This document shows, one piece after another, positions 11,410 through 19,059 of a stretch of DNA of 48,048 nucleotides (within the stretch, counting starts at the first letter, position 1; every line of letters starts with the position of its first letter). The notes beneath the pieces were generated by a model that ran no database searches, was not told where the DNA came from, and was given only the letters and a program-made list of their open reading frames with translations. The stretch is from Verrucomicrobiales bacterium (GTDB lineage Bacteria; Verrucomicrobiota; Verrucomicrobiia; Verrucomicrobiales; SLCJ01): positions 1 through 48,048 of the forward strand of contig JBJTQJ010000009.1 of NCBI GenBank assembly GCA_046075565.1. Direction: 5' to 3'. Position numbers and translations under genes: made by a program.

Positions 11410-13251
11410 ATGCCATCATATCTGGTCGGTCTCTTTTTGGGTCTTTCCCTTTTGGTCCCTATCGCGGGGCGGGCGGAGTCTGTGCCAGCTCCGGATGCCA
11501 TTCTGAACTCGCTCAAGTCCGGGCATCCCCGGTTGTTGCTGAATGAGGCCAAGATTCGGGAATTGCGCGAACTGGTGCAACACGATGCGACGGCGAAACG
11601 GCTCTACGCGGATATCAAAGCGGGAGCAGACAAGAGCCTGAAGCAGGAGCCTACGATTTACGAATTGCGCGATGGCCGCCGGCTCATCTATGTGAGCAAC
11701 AAGGTGTTGAAACGGGTCCAAAATTTGGCCTTCATGCACCTGATGACCAGCGAAAAGAGGTATGCGGAACGCGCATGGTTGGAATTGAAGACCGCATCCG
11801 AATACAAGGATTGGAACCCCGATCATTTTCTCGATACCGCCATTCTCACCAAGGCATTCGCCATCGGTTCGGATTGGCTATGGGATGTATGGACACCCGA
11901 CCAACGTGAAATCCTGCGGCGGGCCATCGTGGTAAAGGGACTGCAGCCGGCGATGAAGGTGTATGCCAGTGGCCGCGGGTGGGCGAAGGGGACGAACAAT
12001 TGGAATCAGGTCTGCAATGGGGGTATCGGCATGGGCGCGTTGGCCGTGGCCGATACGGATAAAGAACTCGCCGGTGAAATTCTTCATCACGCCATCAAGA
12101 GTATTCCCATCGCGATGTCGGCTTACGCTCCCGACGGTGCGGGTTATGAAGGCCCGGGCTACTGGAGTTTCGGCAGCCTTTATAACATCATGCTCATTTC
12201 TTCGCTCGAAACCGCGCTGGGCACGGACTTCGGGCTCGCCAAGGTCGAAGGATTCAGGCAAAGCGGCGACTACCCGATTTATCTCTCCGGAGCAAAACGC
12301 ATTGGCTTCGATTTCGGCGACGCCAATCCGAGCGCCACCTCGGCTGCGCAGCACCTTTGGATGGGCCAGCGGTATGGCATTCCCCGCTATACATGGTTCC
12401 GTCAGGAGGCGTTGTCCGATGGCAAGTCGGGTGGATTGTGGGACCTGATCTGGCTGGATGGTGCGGCAGCCAAAGTGCCGCCCGGTTTGATGTCCGCCGA
12501 CAAACATTTCCGGAATGCCGAAGTGGTCACCATGCGTGATTCCTGGAACGACGACAGTGGATTCGCCATCGCCATGCAGGGCGGCGACAACGCCGCTTCA
12601 CACCGCCATCTCGATCTGGGTTCCTTTATTCTGGAAGCCGATGGCATCCGGTGGATCCTCGATTCCGGCAAGGAAAAGCAAACCTATCACAAGCACCGTC
12701 ACGGCGTGGGGCGCAACGATTTCTACCGCGTCCGGGCGGAGGGTCATAACACGCTTGTCGTCAATCCTGATGGCTCTCCCGATCAGGATCCGCGAGCAAA
12801 GGTGGCATTCACGGATTTTGTCTCCGCAAAAGATCATGCCAGCGTCTCCATCGACCTGAGCGCGGCCCATACGAAAGATGCCATGTCAGTGAACCGGTCC
12901 TTCCGACTCGACCGCGGCTCCGCTTTCACCGTGAGTGATCGAATCTCTTGTGCCAAACCATCCGAGATCTGGTCATTTTTCCACACGCGCGCCGAAATGA
13001 AGTTGGCCGAGGATGGCAAGAGCGCGATTCTTTCCGACAACGGCAAAACCTTACGAGTCATGCTGACCGAACCGTCTGCCGCCGTTTTCCGTGTTTTGCC
13101 CGCCGAACCATTCCCTGGCTCCCCGAATCCGTCCGTTCAAACTCCCAATAATGGTCTCCGCAAACTCGCGATCCAACTCGAGGGAGTCAAAGAAACGCGG
13201 ATCACCGTGCGCTTCCAGCGGGGAGAAATTGACGGTAAAGCCAAGCAATAG
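11410..13251 (+). CDS. Secreted heparinase II/III-like polysaccharide lyase
   Basis: Signal peptide, HPRLLL, NNWNQVCNGG, DGAGYEGPGYW, HRHLDLGSF, GHNTLVVN. Confidence 0.8.
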   Translation: MPSYLVGLFLGLSLLVPIAGRAESVPAPDAILNSLKSGHPRLLLNEAKIRELRELVQHDATAKRLYADIKAGADKSLKQEPTIYELRDGRRLIYVSNKVLKRVQNLAFMHLMTSEKRYAERAWLELKTASEYKDWNPDHFLDTAILTKAFAIGSDWLWDVWTPDQREILRRAIVVKGLQPAMKVYASGRGWAKGTNNWNQVCNGGIGMGALAVADTDKELAGEILHHAIKSIPIAMSAYAPDGAGYEGPGYWSFGSLYNIMLISSLETALGTDFGLAKVEGFRQSGDYPIYLSGAKRIGFDFGDANPSATSAAQHLWMGQRYGIPRYTWFRQEALSDGKSGGLWDLIWLDGAAAKVPPGLMSADKHFRNAEVVTMRDSWNDDSGFAIAMQGGDNAASHRHLDLGSFILEADGIRWILDSGKEKQTYHKHRHGVGRNDFYRVRAEGHNTLVVNPDGSPDQDPRAKVAFTDFVSAKDHASVSIDLSAAHTKDAMSVNRSFRLDRGSAFTVSDRISCAKPSEIWSFFHTRAEMKLAEDGKSAILSDNGKTLRVMLTEPSAAVFRVLPAEPFPGSPNPSVQTPNNGLRKLAIQLEGVKETRITVRFQRGEIDGKAKQ

Positions 13252-13262
13252 GCCGCTTGGCC

Positions 13263-13625
13263 TCAAATCGGGTCCGCCGAGTAGCTCTTTTTGATCACTC
13301 GGTTGTTCTCGTCGCAGAGAAGCTTGATTGGCTGGACCAAAGATTCGGAGAGTCCCCAAGCCATGATGGTGATGCGGTCGCCTTTTTTGATGAGATGGGC
13401 TGCGCCCCCATTGATGGTGATGATCGATGAGCCCTCGATCCCCGGTTGCACGTAAGTTTCCAGACGATTACCGGAGGTCACGGAGGCAACCAGAACACGT
13501 TCGCCCGGCCAGAGGTCGGCCTCTTTCATCATCTCCGGGGGAATGGTGATCGAGCCCTCATATTGGATGTCGGCTCCGGTGACCACGGCCCGGTGGATCT
13601 TCGATTTGAGTTGGATGCGCAGCAT
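13263..13625 (-). CDS. panD: Aspartate 1-decarboxylase proenzyme
   Basis: MLRIQLKSKIHRAVVT, YEG^SITI autocleavage site, RLETYV, NGGAAHL. Confidence 0.95.
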   Translation of the reverse strand: MLRIQLKSKIHRAVVTGADIQYEGSITIPPEMMKEADLWPGERVLVASVTSGNRLETYVQPGIEGSSIITINGGAAHLIKKGDRITIMAWGLSESLVQPIKLLCDENNRVIKKSYSADPI

Positions 13626-13740
13626 GTCCGAGATAGATCGGCAAACATTCCCCCGAATCGGGCCTTGTGCAAGAAGCATCCCTTTCCGCCGCGCATTTGC
13701 CGTGGATCTTTCCCTCCGCGTTCCCTAGATTGGGCGCGGC

Positions 13741-15261
13741 ATGAACGCCCCGCCCCCAAGTCCGCTCCTTCGACCGCTTTCTCCGCATCGCTGCGGTGGT
13801 GGCCAGCCTGTGCGCTGGCTTCCCTCCGACCTTGGCCAGCCCATCCCTGAGGACCCCCATGCCATCAGCGTTTGTCTGCCGACCTGGGATTCGGTGATTG
13901 CCTACGAGGAAAACGACCCGCTGGTCCGCGGGAGCTTGCGGGCCGGTTACCCAAGGTTCGTGCTGCCCCCGGCGGTGCGCGAGCTGCACGACCGGGTAGG
14001 GGGAGGCAAGGCCTATGCCTTCGGTTCGGCGGGTGCGGCCCGGCGGGCGCTCTCGTTTGTCCAAGCAGGCGGGGGAGTGGCCAGGATCGAACAGGCGGGC
14101 TCGGCGGCGCTGCTTTGTTTCGGCGACGACGCCGTGGCCAAGGACCGCGCCTGGCAGGTCTGGCGCCATGCAGGGGAGGGGCTTTCGAGCCGATCCTCGG
14201 AGGCTGTGCTGCGGGGAGAAAGCCACGCCACGAGCAGTGGCGACGCTGCAAGGGCGGAGGTCCGCGAGATTTTGGCCCGCTGGCATGGGGTGACGGTTGC
14301 CGATGTGCACCTTTTTCCCTCCGGGATGGCCGCGGTTTCAACTTTGCATCAATACCTTTCGTCGCGAGATGAAGGCGGAGAGGGCACGGTCCAGGTTGAT
14401 TTCCCCTACGTCGATGTGGCAAGGGTGCAGAAGCACTTTGGCAAAGCGAACTTTCTTTCCATCACCGGGTCCGAGGCCACCGCGGGCGGGCTGGCAGCTG
14501 CTTTCGCCTCCGGCCTGACCACCGGCGTCTTTTGTGAAATACCCGCCAATCCGCTGCTGGATTGTGTGAACCTCCCGGCCGTGGCCGCCATCGCCGCGAA
14601 ACAGGGCGTGCCCGTGGTGGCGGATGACACCGTGGCCAGCGTGGCCAATGTCGCGTTGCTTCCCCATGCGGATTTTGTCACGACCAGCCTGAGCAAATGG
14701 AGCACGGGTTCCTGCAATGTGCTGGCGGGCGCCGTGATTGTGCGTCCGGGAAGCCGGTTCGGTGGAGGATTCGGGGCTTGGGTTCTGGAAAACGATGCCG
14801 CTCCACTCGGGGACCTCGATGCTGCTGTCGTGGCCGGGGCCCTGCCTTCGCTCGCCGCCCGGATGGTGGAGGTGAATCGCAATGCGGCCGCCGTGGCGGA
14901 CATTCTCCGCCAGCACCCCGGGGTTCGCTCCTTCTGGTATCCGCGTCTGGACGAGGGCCATCCATATGCCATGGTCGCCCGCCCCGGCGCGGGAGCCGGC
15001 GGGCTGATGTCCTTTGCCCTGCGCGGAGGAGAACGCGCCGCCGCCGCATTTTACGACCATCTCGCCCTCGACAAGGGGCCGAGCCTCGGTGCGGATTTCA
15101 GCATGGCTTGTCCTTATACCCTGCTCGCCCACTACGACGAACTCGACCATGCGGAAGCCTGGGGTGTGCCGCGCGATTTGATCCGACTCTCCGTCGGCAC
15201 CGAACCCGTGGACTGGAGCCTTTCGGCACTGGATCGCGCGTTCGAGGCGGCGGCGAGATGA
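13741..15261 (+). CDS. PLP-dependent Cys/Met metabolism enzyme (cystathionine gamma-synthase-like, long Str2-type architecture)
   Basis: HAISVCLPTW..VIAYEE, GYPRF, FPSGMAA, EIPANP, DDT, TSLSK (PLP Lys), KGPSLG, LIRLSVGTE. Confidence 0.85.
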   Translation: MNAPPPSPLLRPLSPHRCGGGQPVRWLPSDLGQPIPEDPHAISVCLPTWDSVIAYEENDPLVRGSLRAGYPRFVLPPAVRELHDRVGGGKAYAFGSAGAARRALSFVQAGGGVARIEQAGSAALLCFGDDAVAKDRAWQVWRHAGEGLSSRSSEAVLRGESHATSSGDAARAEVREILARWHGVTVADVHLFPSGMAAVSTLHQYLSSRDEGGEGTVQVDFPYVDVARVQKHFGKANFLSITGSEATAGGLAAAFASGLTTGVFCEIPANPLLDCVNLPAVAAIAAKQGVPVVADDTVASVANVALLPHADFVTTSLSKWSTGSCNVLAGAVIVRPGSRFGGGFGAWVLENDAAPLGDLDAAVVAGALPSLAARMVEVNRNAAAVADILRQHPGVRSFWYPRLDEGHPYAMVARPGAGAGGLMSFALRGGERAAAAFYDHLALDKGPSLGADFSMACPYTLLAHYDELDHAEAWGVPRDLIRLSVGTEPVDWSLSALDRAFEAAAR

Positions 15262-15505
15262 TGCTCGGGTTTTGCAAGAGGACTCCTCATCTAACGGGGG
15301 AAACAATCCCATTCCAGATCTTCCTCTTCCTGCCTCCCTTCGGCGCTCTACCGCCAACAACAAACCACCACCAGTAGCGCCCAAACCTCTACTTTAGAAT
15401 TGTCTCATTGACAGGGGAGCCTATAGAAGGAGCGCTTTGGGCATTTGGCTCCATGATTCTGACAGCCCAGGTTGATCGCAAAGGCGCATCACCATCCCTG
15501 GCGAG

Positions 15506-16693
15506 TCAAGATTTCGGGTTCAAGAACGGCTTTTCGAAGAGCCGCCATGCGAAGGCGCTGTGCAAGTAGATCAAGCCGAGGACAGTCAGGAAAAGTGGCC
15601 AGGGGCTTGCTGCGAAGAATTCGGATGGCGACCTCTTCATGGCCCGGGCATAGCAATAGATGATCGGCATGTGCCAGAGGTAAGTGCTGTAGCTCACTTT
15701 GCCCATCCATGGCAGCGGGGTGCGCCGGCAGAGCCTGGCGATGGTTGCAGGACGATGCCAGAGCCAGAGAATCAGGCAGGCCGAGCCGGTAGCGAGGGCG
15801 GTTTGGTAAAAGAGCAGATTGGTTTGGGAGCTGAGGAATTCTTTCTCGAAGGCGAAATAGAATTTCAGGCCGGGGAGATCACCGTTTGGCAAGGCGAAGG
15901 AAACCGAGTGGTGGGCAAAGATCGCCCATCCGGCCAGACCCAAACCGACGACGAGGAGAATCCCTTGGAATCTGGCTTGCTCCCAGAGCCTGCGGGTGCC
16001 CTCCCTTTGGCAGAGCACTCCGGCCGCGATACCTGGGGCAAAAAAGTCCATGATGCAAAGCGGGTGCCGGAGGTCGTTGGGCAGGTCGATCCATTCCCGG
16101 TAAACGCCGAGGCGGCATAGCGGTGCCGTAATCATGATGGCCACCAGTGGCCACCACCATCGTGGGCCCCTGAGCATGCCTGCCGTGGCCAGGATGAACC
16201 CATAGAATGCCCACTCGTGGGAGAGTGTCCAGAGCGGTGGAAGGATCGTCCCGGAATGGCCGTCGAACCACGCATGGGTAAGGGTGAGGTGGCTCAGGAG
16301 ATTCCCCAACGCTTCGCCGGGGGGATCGCCGATGATGACATCAGCGCTGACCATGCCAATCGAAACGAGCAAGCAGGCGAAGTAGGCAGGCAGGATGCGG
16401 CGGCATCTGCTCCGGATGAAGCCGGGGCGATCGAATTCTGGTTTTTTCAACAGGCTGTAGGCGACGAAAAAACCGCTGATGGTAAAAAAGATACCGACAC
16501 TAAGCTGGCGCTGGTGGGTGAAATTTTGCGGGATTACAGCAATGCGTTGCTGTCCCATGTGGAGGAGGACCAGCAACAAGGCAAGCACGCCCCGCAAGCT
16601 GTCGAAAGCGACCCGGCGCGCTTGACTGGGCCCGTCGATGGGTGGTGGAAAAAAAAACGCCCGCAAACGGGTAACGGGGAACTTGGAGAACAT
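15506..16693 (-). CDS. Acyltransferase-3 (OafA-like) membrane O-acyltransferase
   Basis: FDSLRGVLALLLVLLH, FFTISGF, RCRRILPAY, WTLSHEWAFY, GKVSYSTYLWH, EKPF. Confidence 0.9.
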   Translation of the reverse strand: MFSKFPVTRLRAFFFPPPIDGPSQARRVAFDSLRGVLALLLVLLHMGQQRIAVIPQNFTHQRQLSVGIFFTISGFFVAYSLLKKPEFDRPGFIRSRCRRILPAYFACLLVSIGMVSADVIIGDPPGEALGNLLSHLTLTHAWFDGHSGTILPPLWTLSHEWAFYGFILATAGMLRGPRWWWPLVAIMITAPLCRLGVYREWIDLPNDLRHPLCIMDFFAPGIAAGVLCQREGTRRLWEQARFQGILLVVGLGLAGWAIFAHHSVSFALPNGDLPGLKFYFAFEKEFLSSQTNLLFYQTALATGSACLILWLWHRPATIARLCRRTPLPWMGKVSYSTYLWHMPIIYCYARAMKRSPSEFFAASPWPLFLTVLGLIYLHSAFAWRLFEKPFLNPKS

Positions 16694-16781
16694 AAAAAAC
16701 CGGGGAAATCAGGCGACCCGGAGTGTATATCAGCCTGAGGAAATCGCACCCACTATTTTCCTCGATTCCGTTTGCCATGCT

Positions 16782-16810
16782 TTGACAATCAGGACGGCAA
16801 GCGGGATGAT
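16782..16810 (+). promoter_or_regulatory. Putative sigma70 promoter firing out of the acyltransferase islet
   Basis: TTGACA (16782-16787), 17-nt spacer, GATGAT (16805-16810). Confidence 0.5.
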
Positions 16811-16812
16811 TT

Positions 16813-16965
16813 TGCCCCTGCGCCCTGCTCGCCCACTCCGAGGAACTCGACCACGCGGAGGCATGGGGTGTGCCGCGCGATTTGATCCGGCTTTCCGTCG
16901 GCACCGAACCCGTGGACTGGATCCTTTCGGCACTAGATCGAGCCTTTGCCGGGGTGACCGCATGA
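16813..16965 (+). pseudogene. Displaced duplicate of the last ~50 codons of the Cys/Met enzyme gene (direct repeat of 15109-15261)
   Basis: Core 16825-16947 vs 15121-15243 has 12 mismatches in 123 nt. The stop codon is at the same relative position. An in-frame TGA lies just upstream, so it has no start of its own. Confidence 0.9.
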
Positions 16966-17067
16966 CTGCCGCTTTTGCAAGCGGATTCTTCCTCACCGGG
17001 GGTCAAATTTTTCTTACGCAAGATTCCGATTGCGAATGTCTTGCCGCCATGGAAGATCGGAAGTTCC

Positions 17068-17928
17068 ATGAATACTGACACGGTCAAACCCGATTTGCTC
17101 AAGGCTCTGGGCACGGTGGACCGTAACCGCGCCCTTCTTGACCGCGCCCATTCGGGAGAATTCCATCAGGTCGGTGACCGCAAGCTCAGGGCGTGGATCT
17201 TTTCCCCCCCGGGTTGGTCGGCTTCGGATATGCGCCCGTCCATGCTCTTTTTTCATGGTTCCCTCTGGGACAAAGGACTGGTGAGCCAGTTTGCGCCCCA
17301 GGCGCTTTACTTCGCCGAACGGGGCATGGTGACCATTCTTTTTGAATACCGGTTGCCCGGAGTGGACGGGGTCGATGGCACGGATGCCCTCGAGGATGTG
17401 GCGGCGGCCCATCGCTGGACCTGCGAATTCTCGCGCGATCTCGGCGTGGATCCCGGCCGGGTCGTCATGGCGGGTGCTTCCGCCGGCGCCTGGATGGCGG
17501 CCGTGCGCTCGCTCGGTCTGGCTGCGCTCAAGCCCGAGGCCAGGGAACAAGCTCCGCCCGTCGCCATGGTGCTTTTCGAGCCGATCTGCGAAGTCGCGGG
17601 CAAGTTCCTATGGACCGCGCGTTTCAAGGACCCCAAGTCCGTGCGGAAACTCATCCCCCGGAAGATGTTGTCGAAGGGCGCGCCTCCGGCTCTCATCTTC
17701 CACGGCAGCGCCGACCCGGTTGTTCCCTTCGATTCAACCGCGAAGCTGGCCAAAACATGGATCTCCAAGGCCCCGGCGGCCAAATTCATTCCCTATGAAG
17801 GAGCTGGGCACGGTTTTTACAACTTCAACGTAGATATGAGGCTCTACGAAAACACCCTCAACGCCACCGACGACTTCCTCGTCGGTCTCGGGCTGTTGGA
17901 AGCCGGGGATTCGCTGGTGGCTTTGTGA
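17068..17928 (+). CDS. Alpha/beta hydrolase (esterase-like)
   Basis: FFHGS oxyanion region, EYRL, GASAG nucleophile elbow, HGSADPVVP, GAGHGF. Start taken at MNTDT. Confidence 0.88.
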   Translation: MNTDTVKPDLLKALGTVDRNRALLDRAHSGEFHQVGDRKLRAWIFSPPGWSASDMRPSMLFFHGSLWDKGLVSQFAPQALYFAERGMVTILFEYRLPGVDGVDGTDALEDVAAAHRWTCEFSRDLGVDPGRVVMAGASAGAWMAAVRSLGLAALKPEAREQAPPVAMVLFEPICEVAGKFLWTARFKDPKSVRKLIPRKMLSKGAPPALIFHGSADPVVPFDSTAKLAKTWISKAPAAKFIPYEGAGHGFYNFNVDMRLYENTLNATDDFLVGLGLLEAGDSLVAL

Positions 17929-17941
17929 GGCCGGGGTTCAG

Positions 17942-19006
17942 TCAAGCCTGCCCGAGTCGCTCCAGACGATAGGTGCCTTGTTCGATGCGGCGGGTCCACT
18001 CCTGGTTCTCCAAATACCAGCGCACGGTTTTGCGGATGCCGGTGGCGAAGGTCTCCTGCGGCTGCCAGCCGAGTTCGCGTTCGATCTTCCGGCAATCAAT
18101 GGCATAACGCCAGTCATGCCCCGGACGATCGGTCACGAAGGAGATGAGATCTTCGGTCGCCGAGGCGACACCGGCCTCGCGCAGTTCGGAAAGAATGGCT
18201 TTGACGACATCGAGATTTTTCATCTCATTGCGACCACCGATGTTGTAGGTCTCGCCCGGCAGTCCGCGCGCAGCGGCCAAGGTCAGGCCGCGGGCGTGGT
18301 CCTCGACAAAGAGCCAGTCGCGCACATTGCTGCCGTCGCCATAGACCGGAAGTTTTTCGCCCCGGCTTGCCTTGGCAATCATCAAGGGAATGAGCTTTTC
18401 CGGGAACTGGTAAGGACCATAGTTGTTCGAACAATTCGTTGTCACCACCGGCAATCCATAGGTGTGGTGGTAGGCGCGGGCCAAATGATCGCTGCCCGCC
18501 TTTGAGGCCGAATACGGGCTGTTCGGCGCATAGGAAGTTTCCTCATGGAAGGCCGGGTCGGTGGCAGACAGGGTGCCGAAAACCTCGTCGGTGGAAACAT
18601 GAAGGAAGCGGAAAGATGCCTTGTCAGCCTCGGACAACGACTTGTAGTAATGGCGAGCCGCCTCCAGCAATCGGAAGGTGCCCACGAAATTCGTCTGGAT
18701 GAATGCCTCCGGTCCGTCGATGGAACGGTCCACGTGTGACTCGGCCGCCAGGTGCATGACCGTGGTAATGGCGTGCTCCTTGAGCAACTTTGAAACCGGT
18801 TCGCCATCGAGGATGTCACCCTCTACGAAGACATGACGCGGGTCGCCGGCCAGACTAGCAATATTGTCCGGATTTCCGGCATAGGTGAGTTTGTCGAAAT
18901 TCACCACTCTCTCCACGGTAATCCCTGCCTCGGGCGAGGGCCCGAGGAGGTGGTGGACAAGGTTGGCTCCGATGAATCCGGCTCCGCCGGTGACCAAAAT
19001 ACGCAT
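17942..19006 (-). CDS. rfbB: dTDP-glucose 4,6-dehydratase
   Basis: [50 protein letters not shown]. Confidence 0.96.
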   Translation of the reverse strand: MRILVTGGAGFIGANLVHHLLGPSPEAGITVERVVNFDKLTYAGNPDNIASLAGDPRHVFVEGDILDGEPVSKLLKEHAITTVMHLAAESHVDRSIDGPEAFIQTNFVGTFRLLEAARHYYKSLSEADKASFRFLHVSTDEVFGTLSATDPAFHEETSYAPNSPYSASKAGSDHLARAYHHTYGLPVVTTNCSNNYGPYQFPEKLIPLMIAKASRGEKLPVYGDGSNVRDWLFVEDHARGLTLAAARGLPGETYNIGGRNEMKNLDVVKAILSELREAGVASATEDLISFVTDRPGHDWRYAIDCRKIERELGWQPQETFATGIRKTVRWYLENQEWTRRIEQGTYRLERLGQA

Positions 19007-19059
19007 GGGTTGACTCTAGCGTGGATCGATCCGGGGAGCAAGCGCCGGGGAGGGTAGCA

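Noticed and set aside
13626-13740. SAM riboswitch ahead of the Cys/Met enzyme
   Set aside because: The spacer is a short divergent promoter region with no recognisable SAM-I/II core or terminator.
15340-15440. Decayed REP pair (ggcgctctac...gtagcgcc) and TTGACA at 15408
   Set aside because: The match is too short to call, and there is no -10 element at suitable spacing.
15109-16965. Diversity-generating retroelement TR/VR pair
   Set aside because: Mismatches are not adenine-specific and are mostly synonymous, and there is no reverse transcriptase in the window.
16500-17114. ORFs spanning the islet's right boundary (16500-17114 -, 16638-17078 +)
   Set aside because: They are off-frame or antisense readings of the duplicated fragment and promoter region, not coherent proteins.
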